NCBI RefSeq assembly: GCF_964204865.1
Contig: NC_135261.1
Location: 682,001 to 746,000, forward strand
Length of the DNA: 64,000 nt
Reading direction: 5' to 3'
Source: Styela clava
Taxonomy: Eukaryota
Shown here piece by piece: positions 1 to 13,550 of this stretch (the first letter of the stretch is position 1; each line of letters opens with the position of its first letter). The notes beneath the pieces are model-generated. The model worked only from the letters and a program-made list of their open reading frames with translations, did no database searches and was not told the origin of the DNA. The translations under genes were made by a program, and so were the position numbers.

Positions 1-1842
1 TCAACTTCCTTTTGCAATTCTCGCTATCGCTCAACTAATTTCCGTGGCATCGTTCATGAGTAACACCATGCTTTCGAAGTAACGCATTTCCAAAGCACAT
101 TCGTAATTTTACGAGATCATAAACTTTAAAAAAATCGCGGAAGCTCACGTCAATCATTTACTTTCTTTTCAAACAGCGCAACGCAAATTTAACGCTAAAT
201 ATATCAGTGAGATATTCTGATTATAATTTTACTCGAAGCCCTCACTATATTTTCCTAAGAATGACATATCACACGTAGAAATGCACTGAAATACCGCGTT
301 TCATGCACATGAAACAAGTTGGATTTTGCCCTTTCGAAAATTTGCGAGGTTTGCCCTTTATCACGTGATTTGTAACTCCAAGAGTCGGAATCGCAGACTT
401 TCACGGGCGATAAAATAACTCAAAACTTCCTACTAAATCTCAAAAAAATTAATTTTACCGTCTGTTAACTAGTTTTATAGATAGGTCACTCATTCACGCC
501 GTTTGATATGAACAAGGCTTTGTATGAGCTACCACTGATATCTAACGATATGTAAAGAACTACTATCATTCGGAAATACCTAGATTTTTCCGGCTCGGCA
601 TTGCTTCCCCCAATTTATCACACCCTGGGTTAGAAGGTGGTTATGGAATTTAAACCATTGATAGGAAATAACGCTTCAACCACTAGGTCAAAGGGAATCA
701 AACACAATTTACATAGTGGCCACTTGAGGCAGAGTTTGGCCGGTTGTGTGCCACATCAGGTTGTTCACAATAAAAGCTCAGATTAAAAAATTCAAATCTG
801 TTCTTACTTTGATTTTTTCAATCAAATATTTTACCGATGGACAGTGATGTCTCACGACAAGGAATATATGGTTACAATGTATCAATATAAATCTACGCGT
901 CAGTGATTGTGACGTTAAGAATCCGAGAACTTATATAAAATGTATTACTCCTAAACATCAAACTTGTATAGAAAGTCGGGGGCCACAAACTGTCATCGTG
1001 CGGGCCGTAATTGGCCCATCGGGCCTAGAGTTTGAGATCCCTGCACTAGGTCATCGCACTATAAAAGAGAAATTAGCATTGCGTGGAATAACTGTAGTTG
1101 TGGATACGAAACCAATTTAAGTGTTTGCTCAATGCTGAGTTGAAATTCTTTTTTCTTCAAAGATGTTTCCGTCGCATATTGGATAAGAGATAAAAAAAAA
1201 ATTCAAATTCGTGAAGAGGTGTAATTAGAGAATAAAGTCTGGGAATGTTTGTTATAAAGATATTTTTATGTCGGTTTCTCACTGTTGAATCAGGTAATGA
1301 GTTTTGGCTTTGTGGCCAAACAAGCAGGCCTCGCCATATTGTTTCAAAGAACATTTTTGAGAGAAATCTACCTTGTGTGGGAATTATCGCGTTAATTTTA
1401 TCCCTATTCTCATCTTCTACGACTTAAAATGATTATAGGCGACATTTTATAGCAGATGTAAATTAAAATTGGAATTGAATGTCTAAATACTATGAAAACC
1501 TAACATAATTGGAATTAAAAATATATTTTGCGGCAAATATGACTCAACACTCGCCAGGGTGTTTGAAATTTCAGGGGGTGTTCACCCCTTATTGGAGAGA
1601 TGTGGGGAAATCACTGTACTCCGCCAGACATTGAACAGCTAGTTGTATAAAGGCAGCCGTCCCTTCAAATAAATATAATGAAATAATTTGTAATTTCTTT
1701 TTCAATAAATGAGCACTAATGGGTGTTTTGGATTAAAGTTGTGCTAAAGATTTAATTACCGCTGCTATAAAGTGATATAGGTGGGCTCTGGTTAGATTAC
1801 CCTTGTAATTCCTACAGAAATATTGTTCGCGTGTGCTTGATA

Positions 1843-1990
1843 CATGGGTGGGCCAATTATGGCCCGCGGGCCATCGAAGTGTTTCATCCGGCCCACTTGT
1901 GTCTGCTTAAATAACGACTATAGTTTTTATGGATTTAAATTTGTAAATATGTGTAATTAGCCCACTCGGAAAAGTAATTGCCCACCCTTG
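1843..1990. mobile_element. hAT-type MITE (copy at about 5274-5421; partial copies at 2930, 6360, 9260)
   Basis: Terminal inverted repeats CATGGGTGGGCCAATTA ... TAATTGCCCACCCTT with internal GGCCCGCGGGCC motifs. No TSD found. Confidence 0.5.
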
Positions 1991-2400
1991 GACGTCAGCC
2001 AATCAAATTTGAAATCGGGGTACCAATTGATGTGACGATATTTCTGACATATCACGAATATTTAAAAATATAGAAAAGAACTTTTTTCCAACTTTTGCAA
2101 TCCATGCTCTCAACGCATGATAGCTGTTAACAAAAATAGTAAACTTACCACACAACTCACTGTCAGAGTTGTCTTTGTCGCAGCTATTTCCTGATGATTG
2201 ACTTAAGCCCACTGTTTTGGCGACGCGATGGTCTATTGGTTGAAGCGTTCGACTTAATATATATTATACCGAGCTTGTTCGGGTCCTTCGCCCCCAACAG
2301 GGTCCTGTACAGACAGTCACTGATATTTAACAAATGTAACGCCCAAATCCTTTTTTATCTTAAAAATGGATCGTGCGCTTATGAGCAAGTCACACAAATG

Positions 2401-2500
2401 GGTGCTCCCATAGTGTGTGCACCAAGATGGCGCACAACCTGAACATAGTATGTGTACCAAGTTCGGGTTCAGGTTGTGCGCCATCTTGGAGCACATACAA
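2401..2500. mobile_element. Internally deleted palindromic MITE of the 42703-42922 family (duplicate at about 5831-5930)
   Basis: CCAAGATGGCGCACAACCTGAAC ... GTTCAGGTTGTGCGCCATCTTGG inverted repeat. It shares the AGTATGTGTACCA core with the 42.7-kb element. Confidence 0.65.
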
Positions 2501-4124
2501 CAGCAGCGAAGCTTATGTATAGAAAATGCCCCAGTCACCCCTTGTCCATATTCGGCGTTGTGTGCGTTGATTTCATAGATGGGCAAGCGATACGACCCAA
2601 CAGTCGCCAGGGTGTTTAAAATATTAGGGAGTTGTCAACCCCTCATGGGAGTGGTGTGGGGAAATCACTGCACAAATCAGACATTGAACAGCTATTTGCC
2701 AATAAATAAAGGTAGCAGTCACATTGAATAAATATAATGAGATAATTTACTGATTTTTTTCCAATAAATGGGCTTTTCTGAGTGTTTGAAGTTAAAATGA
2801 TAAATCTAATTAAAGTGCTGAAGAGTTGGTGAGAACCGCTGGTGATATAGTAGGTTCGGTTTAGATTTCCCTTGTAATTCCCACACAAAGTAGTTACCTC
2901 ACAAAAATATTGTTCTTGTGTGTTTGATACATGGGTGGGCCAATTACGGCTCGCGGGTCACCGAAGTGTTTCATCAGGCCCACTTATGTCTGCTTAAATT
3001 ACGACTATAATTTTTATGAACATAAATAAACGTTGAAAATATCGATGTGAATTACGTCACGTAAGCCAATCAAATTTGTAATCGGGGTACCGAATGACGT
3101 GGCAATATTTCTGACATACCACGAGTATTTGAAAATATAGAAAAAAAAACACCCTTTGACGTCAGCCAATCAAATTTAAAATCGGGCTACCGAATGACGA
3201 ATCGATATTTGTGGCATACCACGAATATTTAAAAATATAGAGGAAACTTTATTCCAACTTTTAGAATTCATGCTATCAAGGCGCGATAGATGTTAACAAA
3301 AAGGTAAATTTACCCAACAACTTACGCTACAATTGTTACGCTATGTGTAGATTAAACCAGGGGTTCCTAATTAAACGTTTTTGAGACGCAACCCAATTTA
3401 GGATTTCAAGAACATTTCGCAACCTATACATCGGAAAGATGTTTTCTCATGTTAGCTAAGTTTAGACAAGACATGGCAATGCAATTTCAATAATGCAAAA
3501 ATGTGAAATTTGAGGAAAAAACACGCCCATCGTAAATATGCAGTTGATGGTTAGAGAGGATTTGGAAATTTGATATTTTAGAGCAATGGAAAATTACTAG
3601 TTTTTTTTTTTTTGAGTTTTGGAAATATTGATGGAAAAAGTCCTGCGATGAGAACTAGACAATATTATCAACTTCCCTTTGCAATTCTCGCTATCGCTCA
3701 GCTAATTTCCGCTGCATCGTTCATGAGTAACACCATGCTTTCGAAGTAACGTATTTCCAAAGCCCATTCGTAATTTTACGAGATCATTATCGTTTTAAAA
3801 AATCGCGGAAGCTCACGTCAATCATTTACTTTCTTTTCAAACAGCGCAACGCAAATTAACGCTAAATATATCAGTGAGATATTCTGATTATAATTTTACT
3901 CGAAGCCCTCACTATATTTTCCAAAAAAATCACATATCACACGTAGAAATGCATTGAAATACCGCGTTTCATGGACATCAAACAAGTTGGATTTTGCCCC
4001 TTTGTGAATTTGCGAGGATTGCCCTTCACCACGTGATTTGTAACTCCGGGAGTCGGAATCGCAGACTTTCAATGGCGATAAAATGACTCAAAACTTCCTA
4101 CTAAACTCAATAAAACATTGGCAT

Positions 4125-4226
4125 TGGCATTGCTTCCCCTAATTTATCACAACCTAGGTTAGGAGGTGGGTATGAAATTTGAACCAGAGATGTAAAACAG
4201 CGCTTTAACCACTCGGCCTACGCGCT
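4125..4226 (-). mobile_element. tRNA-derived SINE-like head (other copies at about 595-690, 7484-7585, 8390-8490)
   Basis: Minus strand reads GCGCGTAGGCCGAGTGGTTAAAGCGCTG...TCTGGTTCAAATTTC. This gives an A-box/D-arm like Leu/Ser tRNA and a B-box. The anticodon arm is truncated and there is no acceptor stem. Confidence 0.55.
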
Positions 4227-7200
4227 ATAAAGTAGGATAATCCTTTGTAGGGGATAATCGTAGTTGTATAAACGCAACGCAATCAATTTTATACATCTGC
4301 ACAATGCTAAGTTGAAATTCCTTTTTCTAAAGACTTTTTCGTACGTCGCCCATTGCACAGTGTGGGTACATTTTATTTTCAGTTCGCAAAGAGTTAAATT
4401 AGAGAATGAAGGCTGAGAACTTTTGCTGTAAAGTATACAGAGATGAACGAATTAGCGCAGAGATTAAATTCGATAACAACAGACGAAAGCGAGATGGATT
4501 TGTGATTATTTTTCGCTTTGCTTTTTTCATTTGCAATGGTTGGGGATGTGAAAATTCTGATGCCAGGGTTATGCTAGTTCGAAGCAGCAAAAATTTTCAA
4601 CGATCATTTCCCGGAAGCTAATAGTCCTTTGACGTAAATCGAGCAGTGATCGTTTGAATTTTTGATTGAAATGAAGTTAAAATATTTTTATGTCGGTTTC
4701 TCACTGTTGAATAAGGCAATGATCACACACTCGAGAGTTTTGGCTTTGTGACCAAACAAGCAGGCGCCGCCATATTGTTTCAAAGAAACTTTTCGAGAGA
4801 AATCTACCTTGTGTGGGAATTATCGCGTCAATTTGATCCCTATTCCCATATTCTACGACTTAAAATGATGATTGGCGACCTTTTATAGCAAAAGTGGGAA
4901 TTGAAAGTCCAAATACTATGAAAACCTAACATAATTGGAATTAAACTATATTTTGCGGCAAATATGACCCAACACTCGCTAGGGTGTTTAAAATTTCAGG
5001 GGGTGTTCACTCCTTATTGGAGGGATGTGGGGGAATCACTGTACTCCGCCAGACATTGAACAGCTAGTTGCACTTGTATAAAGGCAGCCGTCCCTTCAAA
5101 TAAATATAATGAAATAATTTGTAATTTCTTTTTCAATAAATGAGCACTAATGGGTGTTTGGGAGTAAAGTTGTGATAAAGATTTAATTACCGCTGCTATA
5201 AAGTGATATAGGTGGGCTCTGGTTAGATTCCCTCTTGTAATTCCTACAGAAATATTGTTCGCTGTGTTTGATACATGGGTAGGCCAATTACGGCCCGAGG
5301 GCCATCGAAGTGTTTCATCCGGCCCACTTGTGTCTGCTTAAATAACGACTATAGTTTTTATGGACATAAATTTGTAAATATGTTTAATTAGCCCACTCGG
5401 AAAAGTAATTGCCCACCCTTTGACGTCAGCCAATCAAATTTGAAATCGGGGTACCAATTGATGTGACGATATTTCTGATATATCACGAATATTTAAAAAT
5501 ATAGAAAGAACTTTTTTCCATCTTTTGCAATCCATGCTCTCAACGCATGATAGCTGTTAACAAAAATAGTAAACTTACCACACAACTCACTGTCAAAATT
5601 GTCTTTGTCACAGCTATTTCCTGATGATTGACATAAGCCCACTGTTTTGGCGACGCGATGGTCTATTGGTTGAAGCGTTCGACTTAATATATATTATACC
5701 GAGCTTGTTCGGGTCCTTCGCCCCCAACAGGGTCCTGTACAGACAGTCACTGATATTTAACAAATGTAACGCCCATATCCTTTTTTATCTTAAAAATTGA
5801 TCGTGCGCTTATGAGCAAGTCACACAGATGGGTGCTCCCATAGTGTGTGCACCAAGATGGCGCACAACCTGAACATAGTATGTGTACCAAGTTCGGGTTC
5901 AGGTTGTGCGCCATCTTGTAGCACATACAACAGCAGCGAAGCTTATGTATAGAAAATGCCCCAGTCACCCCTTGTCCATATTCGGCGTTGTGTGCGTTGA
6001 TTTCATAGATGGGCAAGCGATACGACCCAACAGTCGCCAGGGTGTTTAAAATATTAGGGAGTTGTCAACCCCTTGTGGGCGTGGTGTGGGGAAATCACTG
6101 CACAAATCAGACATTGAACAGCTATTTGCCAATAAAGAAAGGTAGCAGTCACATTGAATAAATATAATGAGATAATTTACTGACTTTTTTTTCAATAAAT
6201 GGGCTTTTCTGAGTGTTTGAAGTTAAAATGAGTAATGTAAGTAAAGTGCTGAAGAGTTAAGAACCGTTGGTGATATAGTAGGACTCGGTTTAGATTTCCC
6301 TCGTAATTCCCACACAAAGTAGTTACCTCACAAAAACATTGTTCTTGTGTGTTTGATACATGGGTGGGCCAATTACGGCCCGCGGGCCACCGAAGAGTTT
6401 CATCCGGCCCACTTGTGTCTGCTGTAAATACGACTATAGTTTTATGGATATAAATTTACGTTGGAAATATCCCTTGAACGTCAGTTAATCAAATTAGTAA
6501 TCGGGGTACCAAATGACGTGGCAATATTTCTGACATATTACGAATATTCAAAAATATAGAAAAAATTTTATTCCAGCTTAAAGTAAATTTACCCAACAAC
6601 TTACGCTACAATTGTTACGCTATGTGTAGTTTAAACCAGGGGTTCTCAAACAATCCTGAGACGCAACCCAATTTAGGGTTTTATGAACATCTCGCAACCT
6701 ATACATCAGTAATGTTTTCTCATGTTAGCTAAGTTTAGACAAGACATGGCAATGCAATTTCAATAATGCAAAAATGTGAAATTTGAGAAAAAATTGGAAT
6801 GGAAAAAGCGCAATGGAAAATTACTAGTTTTTTTTGAGTGTAAGGAAATATTGATGGAAAAACTCCTGCGATGAGAACTAGACCATAATATCAACTTCTA
6901 TTTGCAATTCTCGCTATCGCTCAACTAATTTCCGCTGCATCGTTCATGAGTAACACCATGCTTTCGAAGAAACGCATTTCCAGAGCACATTCGTAATTTT
7001 ACGAGATCATTAACTTTAAAAAAATCGCGGAAGCTTACGTCAATCATTTACTTTCTTTTCAAATAACGCAACACAAATTTAATGCTAAATATATCAGTGA
7101 GATATTCTGATTATAATTTTACTCGAAGCCCTCACTATATTTCCAAATAAATGACATATCATACGTAGAAATGCACTGAAATACACCGATTTATAGACAT

Positions 7201-10200
7201 AAAACAAGTTGGATTTTGCTCTTTCGAAAATTTGCGAGGTTTGCCCTTTATCACGTGATTTGTAACTCCAAGAGTCGGAATTGCAGATTTTCACGGGCGA
7301 TAAAATGACTCAAAACTTCCTACTAAATCTCAAAAAACTAATTTTACCGTCTGTTAACTAGTTTTATATATAGGTCACTCATTCACGTCGTTTGATATGA
7401 ACTAGGCTTGGTATGAGAATACATTGATATATGACGGCATGTGAAGAACTACCATTATTCGGAAATATCGATATTTTTCCGGCTCGGCATTGCTTCCCCA
7501 ATTTATCACACCCTGGGTTAGAAGGTGGGTATGAAATTTGAACCCAAGATGTAAAACAACGCTTTAACCACTCGGCATACTCGCTATTAAGGAGGAATTA
7601 GCATTGTAGGGGATAATCATAGTTGTGTGAATGTGAAATTTGAGAAATAACACCCACATCGTAATTATGCAGTTGAGGGTTAGAGAGGATTTGAAAATTT
7701 GAATTTCTAGCGCAATGGAAAAATACTAGTTTTTTTATTGAGTGTATGGAAATATTGATGGAAAAAGTCCTGCGATGAGAGCTAGACAATATTATCACCT
7801 TCCATTTGCAATTCTCGCTATCGCTCAACTAATTTCCGCTGCATCGTTCATGAGTAACACCATGCTTTCGAAATAACGCATTTCCAGAGCACATTCGTAA
7901 TTTTACGAGATCATTATCGTATAAAAAAATCGCGGAAGCTCACGTCAATCATTTACTTTCTCTTCAAACAGCGCAACGCAAATTTAACGCTAAATATATC
8001 AGTGAGATATTCTGATTATAATTTTACTCGAAGCCCTCACTACATTTTCCAAAAAAATGACATATCACACGTAGAAATGCACTGAAATACCGCGTTTCAT
8101 GCACATTAAACAAGTTGGATTTTGCCTCTTTGTGAATTTGCCCGGTTTGCCCTTTGTCACGTGATTTGAAACTCCGAGAGTCGTAATTGCAGACTTTTAA
8201 TGGCGATAAAATGACTCGAAACTTTCTACTAAATCTCAAAAAATGAATTTTACCGTCTGTTAACCAGTTTTATATATTGGTCACTCATTCACGCCGTTTG
8301 ATATGAACAAGGCTTTGTATGAGCTACCACTGATACCTAACGACATGTGAAGAACTACTATTATTCGGAAATACCGATTATTTTCCGGCTCGATATTGTC
8401 TCCCCAATGTATCACACCCTGGGTTAGAAGGTGGGTATGGAATTTGAGCCCGAGATGTGAAACAGCGCTTTAACCCCTCGGCCTACGCGCTATAAAAGCG
8501 GAATTAGCATTGTAAGGGATAATCGTAGTTGTATAAACGCAACGCAATCAATTTTATACATCTGCACAATGCTAAGTTGAAATTCCTTTTTCTGAAGACT
8601 TTTTCGTCCGTCGCCCATTGCATAGTGTGGGTACATTTTATTTTCAATTCGCAAAGTGTTAAATTAGAGAATGAAGGCTGGGAACTTTTGCTGTAAAGTA
8701 TACAGAGATGAACGAATTAGCGCGGAGATTAAATTCGATAACAACAGACGAAAGCGAGATAGATTGCTTGTTATTTTTTGCATTGCTAATTCATTCGCAA
8801 TGGTTAGAATGTAAAAATTCTGATGCCAGGGTTATGCTAGTTTAAAACAGCAAAAATTTCAACGATCGTTTCCCGGAAGCTAATGGTCCATTGACGTAAA
8901 TCGAGCAGTGATCGTTTGAATTTTTTGATTGAAATGAAGTTAAAATATTTTTATGTCGGTTACTCACTGTTGAATAAGGCAATAATCACACACTCGTGAG
9001 TTTTGGCTTTTTGACCAAACAAGCAGGTGTCGCCATATTGTTTCAAACAACATTTTTGAGAGAAATCTAGCTTGTGTAGGAATTATCGCGTCAATTTTAT
9101 CCCGATTCTTACTTGTTACGACTAGAAATGATTAAGAGCGACCTTTTATAGCAGGGGTAAATAAAAGTGGGAATTGTCAGGTCATTTGACATTTCAGGGG
9201 GTATTAACACCTTTCCTTGAAAGAATCCTTACAAAAATATTGTTCGCGTGTGATTGATACATGAGTGGGCCAATTACGGCCCGCGGGCCACCGAAGTGTT
9301 TCGTCCGGCCCACTTGTGTCTACTTAAATTACGACTATAATTTTTATGAACATAAATATACGTTGAAAATCTTAACTTTGGAAAATGCTCATTGCTCACA
9401 AGATTTTAAAATACCGTTTTAATTCAATGTTGTTGTCACCGACACAACTTGCCCGTATATGAAGCAAGCCATGTGGTATTTTCCTATTTTCCCTCCTATG
9501 TCCAGTTGAAAATCTGTTTGAATTTGCCAACTTTCTTTTCAAACTCATGTTTACAAAATAATTACAGATAGATAGATTACCAAATGTGAGGTACAGAAAG
9601 GTAATGACCTAATTTTCTGAAATACAGTCATATTTAGACTGCCAAGCACATCATCCAACTTCGCTCAGCTAGCCATAACACTAGTCAATGCAGTGACATC
9701 AGTGATGTAACAATATGACAAAAGATTTTTCTTGTTGATTTTATGACGAAACAACACGGAATGCAATTTTATGATTATTCACTGAATTCGACGCGGGCCA
9801 CAGATAATGAAGCGGCGGGCCACATGCTTTGAATAAATCTGACACATAACCTTCGAAACGCCAAATTAAATTTCGATCGTTTTTTTATGACAGCAATGGA
9901 TATTCGCCCGCAAGCATCTATCATCTGACATGACCCGTAGCCGTCAATATAAGACAAGAGCCTAGCCAGAACCCTTGCTGAATATAAAATTGTACTATAG
10001 AAAGGATGAAAGGCAACAATAGTGAAAAGTCAGACTGTATGTCAGATAGATGCTTTATATATTTCATCATTGGCCGTAGCTGACTCGAAAATGTTTTGTT
10101 CAATTATTTTGTTCTTTCATTGGACAGAAGCGTATATTCTTCGTTATCCGCGGGCTGTAAAAATACGTACATAGGTCGCTCGTTCACAGACGATTCATGA

Positions 10201-11828
10201 TATAGAAAACGATTTATAGCGTGTTATCGACTTAACCAAATACGTGGGAGACGTATGGTCGGTCACCATACACGGCCTATAGGTAAAATGAGTGAAAACT
10301 TAGGCTCTATGTCAGGCCAAGCATGTTTGATAGATGCTTGTGTGTGAAATATGTGGCCCTTACATGGCCCGTAGTTTGAAAGAGTGAAAATTCAGGCTAT
10401 ATGTCATGTCAAGCAAGTCAGATAGATGCTATATATATATCATCATTGGCCGTAGCTAACGTGAGCTAGTTCTTTGGCAATGTATCGTTGACTGCAACAA
10501 GTCGATTTCCGTTTTTGTAATTTGTTCCTTTTACATTTATTTTATATTGTATATTGGTTTGACTAAAATGAATATCTGAATCTGGAGGGATTTGCTCAAT
10601 CCAAACCCCTTGAATTCAATTCTTTTATTGAAGAGAGGCGTATGGAAACGGGGTATATGCTTCACCACGCGTAAGGTCGTAGAAATACATAGGTCGCGCT
10701 TTATCTGACGATGGTAAGAAAGCCGAAAATATAGCGTAGTACATACATAACCAAATATCCCGAAAATTCAGCTTTATCATTGAAAAGACAGAGCGTTCAG
10801 ATTCAATACTACTGAACTTTTGTTTGAAGCGTTTAATCTTTAAATCGGATAAAGAATAAAAAAGAATACCATTTCATGATTAAATATCCTATGTTATTTC
10901 CGAACGAAAACCGTTGGAGCAATGGAATTGAAGCCTGTACGTCCGCGTTTATATCAATGAAGTAACCGGAAAAAATCTGAAAAGAGGCATTCACCGAGGT
11001 ACTCCCGTAGTGTGTGTACCAGGTCAGGGTTAGGCCATAATTTTATTCCATTTTTTCTCATCCTAGTTACATAACGAGTTCGGGGACTAGCCAATTAATT
11101 CCCGTAGTATTTGCATATGTATATTGCATATTTGTATATGACCCGTACCTCGAGCAAACTAAATCCTAGGAAAGACAAAATTTCCAGCTGAACAAAGATT
11201 GCGCTAATGATTGGGTTTCTGCGGGACTAACAACTTATCCTTCTTCTATGCCTTCGTGCCTTTGGATCCATATGCATATAATACAAGGATACCGTAGCAA
11301 GGTTCAAGGTAACTATCATAAGTGATTCAAGAGTCTATAGAAATATATTTGCGTTAGTGTGCAGCAGGACTCTTGAATCACTCAGACCAAGATTTCCTGG
11401 AATTCACATTCCAACATAGGCGACATAAATACATACATTGGGCGCTCTATCATTAAATATACGTTGCATATGCCCTAAGGGGCAAAATAAAAGGAACCCG
11501 AAGATATGCTCCTGAAAATAAATAACAAACTGATTCCATACCCGACATGGAATGGTAACCGGTTCGCCATTTGGTTAAGACTCATGGCTTTCCTCTCACC
11601 TGGGATAAATATGTAAATCCTAAGTACTGAGGAACGAGGACAGCGAACACGTGCACCAAACAATTTGAGCACTATAAAGTATAAACTGACCTTACGATTG
11701 TAAAGACATTCAGTTTTGAAGTATCCAGAGATGTATCGATATCGACCATTTTTTACACCGTCGACCCACTGACCTGACAGAGGAAGACATTTTTCATATT
11801 TTAGCTAGCATACAAAAAAAAAAAGTTA

Positions 11829-13306
11829 AGAGCCTGACTCACTGCCCTGCACCCTCTCAACCTCCCTCCCGAATTCCTATCCTCAGCCCCCTTATCCTCC
11901 AACCACCACCCTATCTCCCTCCCGTTTCCCTATCCCCGACCCCATACCTATCTCCCTCAGTCCTCCTGTCTTCGACCCACTGCCCTAACTCCCTAGCCTT
12001 CCTATCCTAGACACTATAAACTGTCTCCCTTTTCTCGACGCTAGCCTCATCCCGCTGACCTCCCCTGACCCTCCCGCTCTCGACTCAATCTTACGCACGT
12101 CCTGATCGTCATATTCAATCCTCTTTGTTTCCGAATACCTTCCAGGCTTTATACAGATCAAGCATGCCAATGATATTATTGAAGAATACGTCGAAGACAG
12201 GTTGACAGTTAATGCAGGCTTATATTCCTGGAATCTCAAATAGTGATTACCATAATTGGTAGCTCAGAAATGGGCAACTTCATCCAATGTATACAGAGCG
12301 CCTCAAAAGTGAGTACTGTATACAATTTTGATTTTGATTTGCTTTTCAGGTACTCATCATAGAGCGTTCATTTGTTTAGGTAACATAGTACATGGATAAA
12401 TAGTGAAATATAGATATTGTTCGCTTTTTTAGCAACCCACAGAATGACAGGGAGATTAACCTAAAAAATGAGGATTACAATTTCCAATTGGCAAGAAGAT
12501 TATAAAACAGTAAGGCATTCGGCGCTTTTACGACGAAGAATTACGCAATTCATCAAAAATGAATGGAAACTGGATCTATAGTTGATGAACAAAGATCAGG
12601 AAGACCAAGGAGCGGACACTCTGAGGAAAACATTCGAAGCTGAATTAATTTCAAATTTTCTGTTGAAGAGGCGCTAAGTTTGCCTTACTGATTTACATGC
12701 TTCTTGCCAATCAGCAATTGTGATCATCATTTTTTCGGTTAATCTCCTTGTCATTCCGTGAGTTGTTGAAAAATGCAAACAATAACTGAATTTTACTAGT
12801 TACCCATATCATGTTTCGTGAAAATATGAACTAACAAAACGAACACTCAACGATGAGAACCTGATAAGTAAATTAAAAGTGTATACTGTACTTACTTTCG
12901 TGACACCCTGAATACATTGGATAAAGTTGACCATTTCTGAGCTACCAATTATGGTAATTACCATATGAGATTCCAGGCATATAAGCCTGCATTAACTTTC
13001 AACCTGTCTGTACTCGACGTACGCTTCAATAATATCATTGGCATGCTTGATCTGTATAAAGCCTGGAAGTTATTCGCAAACAAAGAGAGTTGAACATGAC
13101 GATTTGGACGTGCGTAAGATTTAAGTGAGTCGAGTTCGGAAAAGTCAGGGAAGGTCAGCGATATGAGGCTAGCGTCGAGAAAAGGGAGACGGCTTATAGT
13201 GCCGAGGATAGGGAGTTAAGGCAGTGGGTCGAGGATATGGGGAGCTGAGAGAGATAGGGTGCGGGGTCGAGAATAGGCAACCGGAAGGGAGATAGGGTAG
13301 TGGTTC
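11829..13306. repeat. Long palindromic (foldback) repeat with C-rich/G-rich outer arms
   Basis: 11900-12480 is the reverse complement of 12717-13306 (e.g. CATAATTGGTAGCTCAGAAATGG vs CCATTTCTGAGCTACCAATTATG). The missing outer end of the right arm reappears at 29016-29117. Confidence 0.9.
12294..12910 (+). mobile_element. Tc1/mariner-derived non-autonomous element with transposase HTH remnant
   Basis: TA-flanked TIRs (TA|CAGAGCGCCTCAAAAGTGAGTAC ... GTACTTACTTTCGTGACACCCTG|AATA). The central remnant translates as METGSIVDEQRSGRPRSGHSEENIRS, the typical TGS..D..RSGRPR..EENI motif. Confidence 0.75.
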
Positions 13307-13550
13307 GCTGTTTAATTAAGGTAAGCTGTCTTGCGCTCTTACCTGAACAGCAGACAGCTTAAGTCGTTTTGGGCGTCGAAACCCCGCTCCAGTCCGTCTA
13401 GTTTGGGGGAGGCCCTCCCGCCGCTTTATCGCTCTGGGACTCTCTGTTAAAAGTTTATAAGGCAGAAAAGATTGTATAAAAAGAGGCAGTAGACCAGGTC
13501 AGGAAGGTTTTCTTACTCGGATTACCTCGAATATACGGATACCATAAAGG

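Larger units (their letters stand above)
1..9370. repeat. Rearranged tandem macro-repeat (segmental duplication units of about 3.4-3.7 kb, mosaic of MITE/SINE fragments)
   Basis: Block 'tcaacttcc..ttgcaattctcgctatcgc' recurs at 1, ~3668, ~6891 and ~7794. 1490-3060 is nearly identical to 4915-6480 (offset about 3430). 4240-4680 matches 8510-8940, and 1262-1500 matches 4685-4920 and 8948-9180. Confidence 0.92.

Noticed and set aside
4170-4226. Functional tRNA gene
   Set aside because: It lacks a full anticodon arm and acceptor stem, so it is treated as a SINE-like head.
2317-6016. Near-identical 89-aa ORFs at 2317-2586 and 5747-6016
   Set aside because: They overlap a palindromic MITE inside the recent tandem duplication. 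The identity reflects the duplication, and similar NPNLVHIL peptides appear wherever that MITE occurs.
13400-13480. HDV-like ribozyme in the motif shared by both LINE 5'UTRs (also 20600-20680)
   Set aside because: Could not place P1, P1.1 and J4/2 consistently in both copies.
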